A stretch of DNA of 64,000 bases, from positions 769,066-833,065 of the forward strand of contig CP011212.1 of the NCBI GenBank assembly GCA_001029715.1, in the 5' to 3' direction. Shown here one piece after another: positions 18,398 to 29,236 of the stretch. Position numbers and translations under genes: made by a program. The DNA comes from a candidate division TM6 bacterium GW2011_GWF2_28_16 (GTDB taxonomy: Bacteria; Patescibacteriota; Microgenomatia; UBA1400; PJMF01). Below the pieces are notes generated by a model. The model worked only from the letters and a program-made list of their open reading frames with translations, made no database searches and was not told where the DNA came from. Positions within the stretch are counted from its first letter, which is position 1. Each line of letters opens with the position of its first letter.

Positions 18398-20590
18398 TTA
18401 TGCTGATTTCTTTTTGGCGGCAGTTTTTTTCTTTACTTTAGTTTTAGCTTTTGCTTTAACTTTTTTAGCTGGCTTAGTTTCAGCTGGTTTTTTGTTTTTA
18501 CCCATTCTTTCTTTCCACTCTTCTCTTTTTCTCTTCATTTCCGCCCATTCTTCTTTGGTCAACTTGTAATCTGGTTCTGGCTTTTTCCAAGAAGCAAAAT
18601 CACATTTTGGATAAAGAGAACAGCCATAAAAAGGTTTTCCCCATCTGGTATTTTTGACTATCACATCACCCTCTCCACAAAGTGGACAATGTTGATCAGG
18701 CAAAGTTTCAACAATATTTTGAGTATATTTACATTCTGGAAAACGACTGCAACTTTTAAACTTACCAAAGCGGCCACTGCGAATAACGATTTCTCCTTCT
18801 TTGCATTCTGGACATTGCTCGCCTGTCTTTTCGACTGGAACTTGCACTCTAACTGCTTCCTCGGTGACTTCTGCAATTTTTTTGGCTAGTGGCTTGTAAA
18901 ATAAATCAATAATTTTGACCCAATTTTTTTCGCCAAGAGCAATTAAATCTAAATCCTCTTCCATAGAAGCGGTAAAATCATAATCCATGAAATTATCAAA
19001 ATGCTCTACTAAAAAATCACAAACTGTAATGCCTATAGGAGTAGCAAAGAATTTTTTCTGCGTTCTTTCTACATAAGCACGATCGACAATCACTGAAATA
19101 ATCGAAGCGTAAGTACTTGGACGACCAATACCTCTTTTTTCTAATTCTTTGACCAAAGAAGCATCATTGTATCTGGGTGGAGCTTGGGTGAATTTTTGCA
19201 AAGAAGCGAGATCTAAATAAGATAATGGATCATTAGCTTTGAGATCTGGCAAAATTTGATCTTCGGAAATAGTAAACAATCTTCTCCAACCATCAAATCT
19301 AACAATCGAGCCACTACTACGCAATAAATATTTATTTTTATTTTCCTTAGCTGTAGCCTCAACTAAAATTGTGGTCTGATCATAAATCGCCGGAGTCATC
19401 TGAGATGACAAAAATCTTCTCCAAATTAAATCATAAAGTTTAACGTGCTGTTCAGTCAGTGAAGCAGCTTTGCTAATTACATTATTTTTATCAATACTGA
19501 GATCAGTGACACGGATAGCCTCATGAGCTTCTTGAGCATTTTTGGAGGTTTTACTAAAAACTCTAGCTTTTGCTGGCAGATAATCTTTGCCAAAACTATT
19601 AACTATATATTCACGAGCCTTATCAACAGCGGAAGTAGCTAAATTAAAAGAATCGGTACGATGATAAGTAATCAAACCTTCTTCATAAAGTCTTTGCGCC
19701 AAACTCATGGTCTGTTTAGCAGAATAACCGAAGCTAGTAGCAGCGGCTTGCTGCAATAGCGAAGTAGTAAAAGGTGGCAAACTCTGACGATTACGCTGAG
19801 TTTTCTCTACTCCAATAACGGAATAAGCAGCATCAATCAGATCTTTAGAAATAGCTTCCGCCTGAGCGACATTGCTTACACTGGCTTTTTTACCATTTAA
19901 TTTATCTAAAGCCGCCACAAAAATATTTTTATCTAGCTGTTCTTTTGGCTTGCCTTCTTCGTCAAATACTTTTTGTTCTTTAAGTAAGTCTGCCTTGGCT
20001 AAAGCAACAGATAATTCCCAAAATTCATCTGGTTTAAAAGCAAGGATCTCCTTTTCTCTCTCCACAATTAAGCGTAAGGCTACAGATTGCACTCTACCAG
20101 CAGATAAGCCTCTACGGATCTTCTTCCACAAGACTGGTGAAACTTGATAGCCAACTAAACGATCTAAAATGCGGCGTGCTTGCTGAGCATCAACTAGATT
20201 GAGATCAAGCTTGCCTGGTTTTGCGATAGCAGCATTAACTGCTTCTTTAGTAATTTCATGAAAAGTGGAACGGAAAAATTGTTCTTTGTTCTTGGAATTC
20301 GTTAATAAATTTTGAATATGCCAAGCAATTGCCTCTCCTTCGCGGTCAGGGTCAGTAGCTAAATAAATTTTATCAGCAGTTTTGGCCAATCTTTTGAGAG
20401 TGGCAACAACTTTTTTCTTACCATCACTTACCTCATAAACAGGTTGATAATTATTTTCCAAATCGATGCCCAAGGTTTTCTTTGGTAAATCACTAACATG
20501 ACCCACAGAAGCCTCAATAACATATTTGTTACTGAGATAATCTTTTAGTTTTCTTGCTTTAGTTGGTGACTCAACGATGACTAGATCCAT
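18398..20590 (-). CDS. topA: DNA topoisomerase I
   Basis: Toprim N-terminus 'LVIVESPTKARKL', active-site Tyr region 'LITYHRTDS', C-terminal C4 zinc ribbons, Lys-rich tail. Confidence 0.9.
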   Translation of the reverse strand: MDLVIVESPTKARKLKDYLSNKYVIEASVGHVSDLPKKTLGIDLENNYQPVYEVSDGKKKVVATLKRLAKTADKIYLATDPDREGEAIAWHIQNLLTNSKNKEQFFRSTFHEITKEAVNAAIAKPGKLDLNLVDAQQARRILDRLVGYQVSPVLWKKIRRGLSAGRVQSVALRLIVEREKEILAFKPDEFWELSVALAKADLLKEQKVFDEEGKPKEQLDKNIFVAALDKLNGKKASVSNVAQAEAISKDLIDAAYSVIGVEKTQRNRQSLPPFTTSLLQQAAATSFGYSAKQTMSLAQRLYEEGLITYHRTDSFNLATSAVDKAREYIVNSFGKDYLPAKARVFSKTSKNAQEAHEAIRVTDLSIDKNNVISKAASLTEQHVKLYDLIWRRFLSSQMTPAIYDQTTILVEATAKENKNKYLLRSSGSIVRFDGWRRLFTISEDQILPDLKANDPLSYLDLASLQKFTQAPPRYNDASLVKELEKRGIGRPSTYASIISVIVDRAYVERTQKKFFATPIGITVCDFLVEHFDNFMDYDFTASMEEDLDLIALGEKNWVKIIDLFYKPLAKKIAEVTEEAVRVQVPVEKTGEQCPECKEGEIVIRSGRFGKFKSCSRFPECKYTQNIVETLPDQHCPLCGEGDVIVKNTRWGKPFYGCSLYPKCDFASWKKPEPDYKLTKEEWAEMKRKREEWKERMGKNKKPAETKPAKKVKAKAKTKVKKKTAAKKKSA

Positions 20591-20643
20591 AATAAAAACT
20601 TTCTTTCAAAAAACATGCAACAGTTGCTCATTCTAAACGTATT

Positions 20644-21777
20644 CTAACTTACTAAGCAATACTTGCCCCATTTTTTGATAATTTTACCTTGTAATTCCAG
20701 ATCAAATAAGAGTTGATTTAATTCACTTTCAATAAAATTATTATTTTTCATGAGGTCATCGAAAGTTAATTCTGGATAAAAAGTTAGCTTTTCTAGTAAA
20801 GTTTTGCTCTTATCAGTCTCTTCTTGTTCATTTTTTACAGAATCGCAAAGCTGAAAATGATAGTCATCCGCGATTCCCTTTAAAACATCGCTAGCATTAT
20901 TAACCAAAGTCGCCCCCTGACTAATTAAAACTTTAGTTCCTTCACTAAAAGGATTAGTAATCGGCCCAGGAACAGCCATCACAATCCGTCCATAGTCGTT
21001 AGCATAATTTGCCGTGATATGTGAACCGCTACGTTTAGCTGCCTCAATTACCAAAGTTGCCTTGGATAAACCTGCCACAATGCGATTGCGCGTCACAAAA
21101 TTAGAAGCCTTAGCCAAAGTTTCTGGAGCAAATTCACTTAAAAAAATCGCTCCACGCTCCAGAAATTCTTGCATAATTTTTTTCTGACTTGATGGAAAAC
21201 AATGATCAAAACCAAAACCAAGTACTGCAATCGTCTGCCCACCATTCTTAAGAGCTATTTGGGCAGCAGCTAAATCGACCCCATACATAAAACCAGAAAC
21301 CACCACTCTTCCAGCCGAAACCAAAGGTGGAACAAGCTCTCTAATCACTAATTGACCATAAGCAGTCATTTTTCTCGTACCAACTATTGAAATTGTTTGA
21401 GCAAAAGCAACTTGCCAAGCCTTACTGCCAACCTTAAGCTGACTTTTGACAAATAAAACTGGTGGAAAATCTTCAGTTTCTAGCAAAAGTTGAGGGTAAG
21501 CTTTTTCCTCAAAAGTAAGTATTTGAACACCCGAAGCTTCTAAGCTTGAAAGATTGTCTAATAAATTATGTTCTTTTTTAAAATTTCTAATTGAATCAAT
21601 CGTCTTTTCAGAAAGCAACATTTCCTGCCAAATATGATCTTTATTGGCCAAAAATTCGCTATTTCTCAATCCTCTTTTTTGACAAACATTAAGAATTTTT
21701 AGTAAAGTTTTTGGACCAACACCACTGAAAGAAGTCAGAGCAAGTAAAAAAGCTTTGCGATTAATTGATTTTTTCAT
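20644..21777 (-). CDS. dprA: DNA processing protein A (DprA/Smf)
   Basis: 'GVDLAAAQIAL..GGQTIAVLGFGFDHCFP...SEFAPETLAKASNFVTRNRIVAGLS' Rossmann-like DprA signature. Confidence 0.8.
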   Translation of the reverse strand: MKKSINRKAFLLALTSFSGVGPKTLLKILNVCQKRGLRNSEFLANKDHIWQEMLLSEKTIDSIRNFKKEHNLLDNLSSLEASGVQILTFEEKAYPQLLLETEDFPPVLFVKSQLKVGSKAWQVAFAQTISIVGTRKMTAYGQLVIRELVPPLVSAGRVVVSGFMYGVDLAAAQIALKNGGQTIAVLGFGFDHCFPSSQKKIMQEFLERGAIFLSEFAPETLAKASNFVTRNRIVAGLSKATLVIEAAKRSGSHITANYANDYGRIVMAVPGPITNPFSEGTKVLISQGATLVNNASDVLKGIADDYHFQLCDSVKNEQEETDKSKTLLEKLTFYPELTFDDLMKNNNFIESELNQLLFDLELQGKIIKKWGKYCLVS

Positions 21778-21833
21778 TCAGGAAATATTATGAGGGACCA
21801 AGTTTACAAGAAGTGTGATAAATTCCAAATCTT

Positions 21834-23639
21834 CTAAAACATCCAGTCTAAAACCTTGGCGATAACTGGGGCTGCGTCTTGAGAACCCTCACTAAAAATC
21901 TGATCTTCATTACTTTCAACTAGAACAGTTATCACTAATTTCTTTGGGAAACCGTTTTTCCTAACTAGCTCTGCCCATTCTGCTCTATTCGGCGAGATTT
22001 TTTCTTCATTTGTAATAGGCTCTAGTTCAGCATTAAGAATTTTTTCTTGATCGACACCAAGAATCGCTGTCATCCAGGCATGAGTTTTGCGATAGCCTTT
22101 CTCATCAGCTGCACCAAACTCTGCAGTACCAGTTTTACAAGCAATCATACCCTGATCAATTTTTTGACTATCTGAAAAATCCTCTTCAGATAAAGTCAAA
22201 GCTAGTTTAGTGTTATAAGGAAACAAAGGATAAGCTGTCCCACCTTGACTGCAAGCTCCTAACATTCCAGATAAAACAATTTCTAAATTCTTTTCATCTA
22301 TAGCTAAATCTCGACAATTTTGCTGACTAATTGGTAAAAGAGAACCCTGACAAAGAGTGCCCTGATTAGCGATCGCCTGCGTCATATTAGCAATTTGTAC
22401 TGGAGTCACCAAAAGATCTCCCTGACCAATTCCAAAATGATAAGTATTACCTAAATACCAACTCTCACCGAGCTCCGTTTCTTTCCATTTAGGATCAGGC
22501 ACTAAACCAGCAACTTCCTGACTTAGTTGCAAACCAGTCGGACTACCGAAACCAAAGAGCCGAGCATATTCCGCCAGTTTTGTTGGACCTAGCCATTCGG
22601 CTGCTTTATAGAAAAAGATGTCATTGCTACGAGCTAAAGCCCTTTCAACACTGATCGCTCCTTCAGTTCTACCATACTGAGTAAAATACCAGTTAGCATA
22701 CTCAAAATCACCAACTTTTAGTGTTCCATTATCCTCAATGATAGTGTTTTCATCGATTGCTCCTTCTTGCAAAGCTCCAATGGCCGTCACAAGTTTAAAA
22801 ATCGACCCAGGAGGATAAGCTCCAGCGACGCTTCTGTTAAAAAAAACTTTATTTTCATCACTAAGATATTCCTTAATTTTAGACATGCTTTCGCTAGAAT
22901 CACGTTTATAAAGGCTATTGATAAAATTTTCCTCAAAAACATTGGCGTCAAAACTTGGACTACTAATTAAAGTCAAAATTTCTCCATTGCTAGCATCCAT
23001 AATTACCACTGCTCCTTTTTTACCAGCCATTGTTTGATAAGCAAGCTCGCTTAAATAGGGGTCAAGAGAAGTTTGGATATTAGAGCTATAAACAGGCGCA
23101 GTATAGGAAACCAGACGTTGCTTTTGACCAAGGGCGTTAGTTTCAAATTTAGATAAGGCAGGTTCTGACTGTAAATTCTTATCAAAAAATTGTTCTAAAC
23201 CCATCCTGCCAATGCGATTGGAGATTGGCAAACTGAAATCTTTTTTTAAATCATTCTCTGTCACTGGCGAAATGTATCCAAGAACTGAAGATAAAGACTC
23301 TTTATATGGGTAAACTCTATTAAATTCATAACCAAGATTGGCACTATCAGTAGCTAATAAACCCAAAGCTTCTTCTTTTGCTAAAAATTCCTTATCACTA
23401 TAAAGTTGGTCTTTTTTAAGATACTTAAAATACTGCTTCTCATTTCTAACTAAAGCTTGACCATAGCGATCCAAAAAAACTGCTCTCTCTGCTGGATTCT
23501 TTTTGGTAAAATAGCGATTATTTTCAGCTAAAGTGAAAAAATGCTCTCCGTTTACAATCTCCACATCCAACAAACGAATTAATAAAAGACTAAAAACCAT
23601 TAATAAACAAGAAAACAGCAATAAAAATTTAAGACGCAT
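21834..23639 (-). CDS. mrdA: penicillin-binding protein 2 (class B transpeptidase, elongasome type)
   Basis: N-terminal membrane anchor; transpeptidase motifs 'GSIFK' (SxxK) and 'KTGTAE' (KTG). Directly downstream of mreC and mreD. Confidence 0.85.
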   Translation of the reverse strand: MRLKFLLLFSCLLMVFSLLLIRLLDVEIVNGEHFFTLAENNRYFTKKNPAERAVFLDRYGQALVRNEKQYFKYLKKDQLYSDKEFLAKEEALGLLATDSANLGYEFNRVYPYKESLSSVLGYISPVTENDLKKDFSLPISNRIGRMGLEQFFDKNLQSEPALSKFETNALGQKQRLVSYTAPVYSSNIQTSLDPYLSELAYQTMAGKKGAVVIMDASNGEILTLISSPSFDANVFEENFINSLYKRDSSESMSKIKEYLSDENKVFFNRSVAGAYPPGSIFKLVTAIGALQEGAIDENTIIEDNGTLKVGDFEYANWYFTQYGRTEGAISVERALARSNDIFFYKAAEWLGPTKLAEYARLFGFGSPTGLQLSQEVAGLVPDPKWKETELGESWYLGNTYHFGIGQGDLLVTPVQIANMTQAIANQGTLCQGSLLPISQQNCRDLAIDEKNLEIVLSGMLGACSQGGTAYPLFPYNTKLALTLSEEDFSDSQKIDQGMIACKTGTAEFGAADEKGYRKTHAWMTAILGVDQEKILNAELEPITNEEKISPNRAEWAELVRKNGFPKKLVITVLVESNEDQIFSEGSQDAAPVIAKVLDWMF

Positions 23640-24012
23640 ATTTTTTAAAATTGCTTTTGTAAAAATAAAAAAAGAAAAACGGCAAATGGACTAAATAAAA
23701 ATAATTAAGCTGTAGATTTCCAAGTTTAAAAATCAGTAAATTTAAACAAACAAAAATGAATGATTCCCAAAAAAGCTTGTCGGCAAATTTTTGTGAAGCG
23801 ATATGAAAAATCAATAATAAAAAAGCCAAGAGAGGCCAAGATAAACTATAAAAAATAGCTAGGGAAAAAGCTATTGCGATCAGCGCCAACAAGGCAAATT
23901 TATCACTGCGACGACTGATTAAACTATAAGAAAGATATAGAAAGAAAATTGGCAAACCGATGGTTGATTCCAAACTCAAAATTACTAGTAAAAAAACAGC
24001 ACTGATGATCAT
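23629..24012 (-). CDS. mreD: MreD-like small polytopic membrane protein
   Basis: 127 aa, ~4 hydrophobic helices. Located between mreC and PBP2 with 11-nt and 0-nt junctions (operon). The call rests on position and hydropathy only. Confidence 0.4.
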   Translation of the reverse strand: MIISAVFLLVILSLESTIGLPIFFLYLSYSLISRRSDKFALLALIAIAFSLAIFYSLSWPLLAFLLLIFHIASQKFADKLFWESFIFVCLNLLIFKLGNLQLNYFYLVHLPFFFFYFYKSNFKKYAS

Positions 24013-24774
24013 TTATTTAATCTCCACTAAACTAACTTCATAAAAATTAGCCATTTGTTCAATCAGAGCAGTTTTAGTAGCCAAGGCCTGATTATCTGCT
24101 AAAACTCTTACTACTTTACCTATTAAAAGACCCTTTTCCAAACCAAACTGTGAAGAAGTAAAGACCAATTGTCCAACTTCTAATTGAGCATCACTGGCAA
24201 TTTCGCTCAAAAAAACTTCACGACCATTGCCTTTGACAACACCCTTTAAGCCCGTGTTCGTCTCTGCCAAAATTGCTGAATCAGTCATTTGTGATAAAAG
24301 CATTACGCTAGACTGTCTTTCTTCAACTTGGTCAATTAAGCCAAGCAAAGTGTCTTTGTATAGAACAACTGACTTAGGTCTCACCCCATCCCGACTGCCG
24401 GCAGCAACAAAACTTTGAGCAAAAGAAATCACTGGCGCTGCAATGATCACTTCTTTATAAGAGCGGTCACTATTTTCCAAAATTTTACGTAATTCTTGAT
24501 TCTCTTTTTGCAAAGCATTGGTTTGCACGGCAACAGCTGCTATTTCGCTATAACGATATTGTAAGTCTTCAAGTTTGCTCGTTAGTTGCCACATCATCAA
24601 TAATCTCTTAAATGGATGAGCCACTTTTTGCAAAAGAATGTAGTTTTTTTCTTTCCAGCTATTAGCTGCGTTGTTTAACAAAGAAAGATTTAAAAGCTTG
24701 AGAAATTGCAAGAAAAATAGAATAAAAACAATAAAAAAAGCTAATAAATATTGTTTGTATTTTTCATTTAGCAT
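24013..24774 (-). CDS. mreC: rod shape-determining protein MreC
   Basis: N-terminal transmembrane helix, coiled-coil segment ('QTNALQKENQELRKILE'), C-terminal beta-rich domain. Upstream of mreD and PBP2. Confidence 0.55.
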   Translation of the reverse strand: MLNEKYKQYLLAFFIVFILFFLQFLKLLNLSLLNNAANSWKEKNYILLQKVAHPFKRLLMMWQLTSKLEDLQYRYSEIAAVAVQTNALQKENQELRKILENSDRSYKEVIIAAPVISFAQSFVAAGSRDGVRPKSVVLYKDTLLGLIDQVEERQSSVMLLSQMTDSAILAETNTGLKGVVKGNGREVFLSEIASDAQLEVGQLVFTSSQFGLEKGLLIGKVVRVLADNQALATKTALIEQMANFYEVSLVEIK

Positions 24775-25409
24775 AGATTTTCTATTTCTATGGCCTCTAG
24801 CTTCAAATATTTGGCTAAATCTAGCGAATCTGGCTTCTCAGCCAGATTATTGGTGAAAAAATAAAAGCAATCGGGCTGTTCAAATTCAAATTTTTCTCTG
24901 GCTCTCTTAAAAAATATTTTGCTTGAAAAAGCTAAATTGCGTAAAGAAACCCTTTCATAAGACAAAAGTTTCTCCTGATCAAATAAACTCAATTCTACAC
25001 AATCATTAAAAAAACTAATCAAAAATTTTATCTTAGAAAAGTTTCTCTTTTGCATTAAATAAAAATTATAGAAAAAGTGACGATCAACAAAAAATGTTTT
25101 CTTCAAAAAAGGAACAACAGCCTTAATAGCTTTTTTTTCTAATTCACTATAACCTGGAGCTAATAAAAAAACCAAAGAATAGTTCTCCAAATCGAACCTC
25201 CTAAGATTTTGACTTAAAATTTTTTGCAAAGCCAAGTCGTCTGCTAAAAAGTTGACTTGGCAAACTTGATTTGTGTAAATACTCTTTAGTAAAGTTAGAT
25301 TACTAAAATCAATTGAAGCTAAATCCCTGACATCCTTGGCTAAATAAAAAGACAGACCACTGCTACTTAAATCAACCAACAGGAGATGCTTAAAATCCAA
25401 GAAATTCAT
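24768..25409 (-). CDS. hypothetical protein with an N-terminal actin-fold phosphate-1-like motif
   Basis: 'HLLLVDLSSSGLSFYLAKD' resembles the hhhhDhGSxxh motif of ASKHA ATPases (compare PilM 'GLDIGSSSIK'). Only 213 aa, so not a canonical MreB. Confidence 0.35.
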   Translation of the reverse strand: MNFLDFKHLLLVDLSSSGLSFYLAKDVRDLASIDFSNLTLLKSIYTNQVCQVNFLADDLALQKILSQNLRRFDLENYSLVFLLAPGYSELEKKAIKAVVPFLKKTFFVDRHFFYNFYLMQKRNFSKIKFLISFFNDCVELSLFDQEKLLSYERVSLRNLAFSSKIFFKRAREKFEFEQPDCFYFFTNNLAEKPDSLDLAKYLKLEAIEIENLC

Positions 25410-25439
25410 AGTGATCCAATCAAGGGCAGTAAAGCTAGC

Positions 25440-26381
25440 TTAACTCAATTGGTTTAGTAATGAAACGGCTGATTTCCAACGATTTTGACTAATTAGATCC
25501 TCCGCCTCTTTAACTTTATCTAAAGTAGCTTGATCAGCTCCATCTTTTGTTTTACTAAGTCGCTCCGCCAACATTTCTGACTTAAGCTCCAAAGCTTTCT
25601 CATATAAGACTTCATCTAAATCTGGAATTAATTTATCTAAGTAAGCGATTAATGCTTCTTTTTTCTCATCATCTTGGTCTGGCTTATCTAGAATTTCTCG
25701 TGCACCAGCATATTCTTCACTAGTCAGCAATAATTCTAGATCATGCACCACAAAATCATCCCAAATCATCGATTCTAATTCATCTAAAAATTGATTTTTT
25801 TCTTCATCTGAAATCTTAGTTAAACCAAGCATTTCAAAAATATTTTGTGACTTGAGCTCTTCTGCCGTTGGCTCTTCTGAGGCTGAAAATGTCTCTGAGC
25901 TAAGTTCACTGCCCTGCTCAGGCATGTCTTCTCTATCATCTTCTAAATCAGTAGCAGAACGATTTTTTCTAAAGTCATCAGCAAAATCTTCTGGATCTGG
26001 AAAATCCTCTATCACCTCATCACTTGTTGGCTCTTTGCTAGCAGTAGGAGTCATCTCTGATATTTCTCCCGGTTCGTTTCTTTTACTTTCCTGATCAATT
26101 TTCTTTTCTAAATCTGACAAAAAGCCATCAAAGTCAAATTTTTCATCTGAAGTTGCAGGACTGGGATATTCAACAGTTTCCTCTTTTTTAAGCACTTCAT
26201 TCCCACTAGAAACTGGTTTTTCATCTAGATCTTTGGACAATCTGTCCAGTTCTGCTAGAAGCTGATCAATTTCAGCATTACTTTGAGCTGGTTGAGCCGA
26301 TTGGTCTGAAGAGTTTGAGCTAGACTGTGGTTGTGACACACTAGCACTTTGGTTTATATTATCATCTTGTATCTGGATCAT
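25440..26381 (-). CDS. highly acidic, likely disordered hypothetical protein with a structured C-terminal domain
   Basis: 313 aa, very Asp/Glu/Ser-rich; last ~110 aa are helical and less biased. Confidence 0.45.
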   Translation of the reverse strand: MIQIQDDNINQSASVSQPQSSSNSSDQSAQPAQSNAEIDQLLAELDRLSKDLDEKPVSSGNEVLKKEETVEYPSPATSDEKFDFDGFLSDLEKKIDQESKRNEPGEISEMTPTASKEPTSDEVIEDFPDPEDFADDFRKNRSATDLEDDREDMPEQGSELSSETFSASEEPTAEELKSQNIFEMLGLTKISDEEKNQFLDELESMIWDDFVVHDLELLLTSEEYAGAREILDKPDQDDEKKEALIAYLDKLIPDLDEVLYEKALELKSEMLAERLSKTKDGADQATLDKVKEAEDLISQNRWKSAVSLLNQLS

Positions 26382-26467
26382 AGGCAGGTTCCATATATAC
26401 TAAAATACTGTACAATTTCAATTTAACATAGCTAAAACAAAAAAATAAGAGCCTGTTAGTTTTTTAT

Positions 26468-28600
26468 ATGCAAATTAATCGTTCAAAAATTTCTGAACTA
26501 CTACAAAAACTAATTTTTGTTACTTTTAACCTACTATTTTTCCTTACTCCCTTTATTTTTACTTGGATGAACCAAGAACTATTTGAGTTTAGTAAAATGC
26601 TGTTTGTTTATTTACTAACAACTATCATAGCGGCTCTATGGCTAACAAGAATGGTGGTGACACAAAAACTAATTTTCAAAAGAAGTAAATTAGATTATTT
26701 CCTTTTAGCATTTCTCGTTTCTCAAGTAATTTCGACTCTTTTCTCGCTCCACCCGCGCACTTCTTGGTTTGGCTATTACACTAGGTTTAATGGTGGACTA
26801 CTTTCAACAATTACTTACATTACTCTTTTTTATGCTTTTGTTTCGAACATTAAAAAAACCCAACTAAAAGCTATTTACAGCAGTCTTTTTCTCTCTGCCT
26901 TAATCATCAGCTTGTACGCTATTCCAGAGCATTTTGCTCATTCCCCTAGTTGCTGGCTAATTACTCAAAAATTCGACACCAATTGCTGGTCGGATAACAA
27001 CAATCCTCGTTTTAGAGTCTTTGCTACCTTTGGCCAACCAAATTGGCTAGCAGCTTTTTTAATCACTATTATTCCTCTTAACATTGATTCTCTTTTGAAA
27101 AAAAAGAAGTGGCTAGATCGACTTTACTTAATACTCGTGCTTGGTGCCAGCACTTTGGCGCTTTTGTTTACTAAATCCAGGTCAGGATTACTTGGATTGG
27201 GAGTTGCTTTAGTTTTTTATGCATTTTGGAAAATTTTACTGAATAAAAAAGAAAGATTAAACAATTTTCTCAAATTAAGTGGAGTTGCACTGATAATCCT
27301 ACTGATTTCTCTCTTCACGGGCACTCCTTTTACACCTAAATTAAGCGATCTATTGCAAGGAAAAACCAATATTAGTGAAGCCACTCCTGTAGCAGAAACT
27401 CAAGCAGGCGGCACTCCATCAGAGGAAATCAGAAAAATAGTCTGGCAAGGTGCCATTAAGATTTGGCAACGTTATCCTATCTTTGGATCTGGAGTAGAAA
27501 CTTTTGCTTATAGCTATTATCTAGATCGACCGCTGGCTCATAACTTAGTCTCTGAGTGGGACTTCCTCTATAACAAAGCCCACAATGAATTGCTCAATTT
27601 CTTGGCTAATTCAGGCCTAGTTGGCTTAGTTAGCTATCTAACTCTTTTTGTCATGATTTTTTATCTTGGCTTGAAACAGTTTCTGAACAATAAAAAAGAT
27701 AGTCGATCTTTAGCTATTCTTGCAGGTCTCTTGGCAATGTTTATTTCTAACTTTTTCGGTTTTTCTACGGTGATGAGCAATTTGCTCTTATTCGGCCTAT
27801 TTGCCATCGTCATCATGAATGAGAAAAATGAAAAAAATGAAAAATTAGCTACTATAGAAAATATTGATAAAACAGAGAAAATTAATAACATTGAATACTT
27901 TCTTTATGCTTTAATTGGACTCGGCGCAATTCTTACAAGCAGTAAGGTTTGGCACATTTGGCAAGCTGATTATTTGTTTACTCAGGGTCAAAATACTTTT
28001 GAGCAAGGCTTATATCCATCAGGACTAAGTACAATTCAAGAAGCCATTAAGAAATCACCTAAAGAAGCTTTTTTTTATGATGAACTAGCTGGAGATCTTG
28101 CACAATGGAGCATCGTTACTGCTAAAAATGGTCAATCTACAGCCAGTGCTCAACTTGCTCAGAAAGCCATTGAAAGTAATAGCTATGCTTTAGAACTAAA
28201 TCCTGTTCATCTTAATTTTTATAAGAGCCAAGCCAGAATTTATATTCGTCTCGCTCAACTCGATTCGAGACTCTACTCTTATGCAGAGCAAGCTCTCAAA
28301 AAAGCCATCACTCTTTCACCAACAGACGCCAAACTTTATTACAACCTAGGCTTAGTGTTGGAGGTTTTAGGCAAAGATGAAGAAGCTTTACAAAACATGG
28401 AATATGCCATCGAAATTAAGAGTAATTATTTGCAAGCTAGAGATGAATTAGCTCGCATATATTTCGGTCAAGGAGAGCTAGAAAAAGCCAAAGGACAATA
28501 TCTCTACAGTTTAGAAAATATCGCTCCTGATGATGAGCTCGTCAAAGAAAAATTGGCAATTGTAGAGGCTAGCTTGAGCGCAAAAATCAAAAAAAACTGA
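26468..28600 (+). CDS. O-antigen ligase/polymerase-like polytopic membrane protein with C-terminal TPR repeats
   Basis: ~10 predicted helices with a Wzy_C-like loop, followed by TPR-like repeats ('YYNLGLVLEVLGKDEEALQNMEYAIEI...'). Confidence 0.55.
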   Translation: MQINRSKISELLQKLIFVTFNLLFFLTPFIFTWMNQELFEFSKMLFVYLLTTIIAALWLTRMVVTQKLIFKRSKLDYFLLAFLVSQVISTLFSLHPRTSWFGYYTRFNGGLLSTITYITLFYAFVSNIKKTQLKAIYSSLFLSALIISLYAIPEHFAHSPSCWLITQKFDTNCWSDNNNPRFRVFATFGQPNWLAAFLITIIPLNIDSLLKKKKWLDRLYLILVLGASTLALLFTKSRSGLLGLGVALVFYAFWKILLNKKERLNNFLKLSGVALIILLISLFTGTPFTPKLSDLLQGKTNISEATPVAETQAGGTPSEEIRKIVWQGAIKIWQRYPIFGSGVETFAYSYYLDRPLAHNLVSEWDFLYNKAHNELLNFLANSGLVGLVSYLTLFVMIFYLGLKQFLNNKKDSRSLAILAGLLAMFISNFFGFSTVMSNLLLFGLFAIVIMNEKNEKNEKLATIENIDKTEKINNIEYFLYALIGLGAILTSSKVWHIWQADYLFTQGQNTFEQGLYPSGLSTIQEAIKKSPKEAFFYDELAGDLAQWSIVTAKNGQSTASAQLAQKAIESNSYALELNPVHLNFYKSQARIYIRLAQLDSRLYSYAEQALKKAITLSPTDAKLYYNLGLVLEVLGKDEEALQNMEYAIEIKSNYLQARDELARIYFGQGELEKAKGQYLYSLENIAPDDELVKEKLAIVEASLSAKIKKN

Positions 28601-28628
28601 TCTTGTTATATAATAGACTGATAAGAAA

Positions 28629-29231
28629 ATGAAAATTATTAGTGCCCCACATCCAACACTGCGTCAAAAAGCCAAAGAGGTAACTATTTTTGATAAGAAA
28701 TTCTTTAATTTTTTGGAAGAACTGGCAGATACACTCGTTAAGAAAGAAAAGCCCAGTGGCGTCGGTCTAGCCGCTCCACAAGTCAATAAATCTCTTAAAG
28801 TTTTCGCTGCAGTACTTGGAGAAAAAAATCAAGAAAGTGAAAAGCCTCAAATTGAGTTCTTCATTAATCCAAAAATTACTAAACATAGTAACGAGAAGAT
28901 CTTGGGCTTAATTGATGGCTCAGAACGTTTTGAGGGCTGTTTGTCAGTGCCAATGCTCTATGGACCAGTGCCTCGTTTTACTTGGGTAGAAGTTGAGTAT
29001 CAGAGCTTAACTCTTGCTGATTTATTAAAAAATAAAACCAATTCTAGAATTAAAAACAAGCGCACTCGCTTCGAAAATTTTGACGCTCGAGTAATTCAGC
29101 ATGAATACGATCATCTAGAAGGAATTCTTTTTACTGACCATATTCTACAAAATGAACTACCCATTTACCTCGAAAAAAATAATGAATGGGTGGAAGTAAA
29201 AAATAGTAAAAAGATTCTCGAGTTACTTTAA
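28629..29231 (+). CDS. def: peptide deformylase
   Basis: Motifs 'GVGLAAPQV', 'EGCLSVP', 'QHEYDHLEG'. Confidence 0.85.
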   Translation: MKIISAPHPTLRQKAKEVTIFDKKFFNFLEELADTLVKKEKPSGVGLAAPQVNKSLKVFAAVLGEKNQESEKPQIEFFINPKITKHSNEKILGLIDGSERFEGCLSVPMLYGPVPRFTWVEVEYQSLTLADLLKNKTNSRIKNKRTRFENFDARVIQHEYDHLEGILFTDHILQNELPIYLEKNNEWVEVKNSKKILELL

Positions 29232-29236
29232 TTCAG

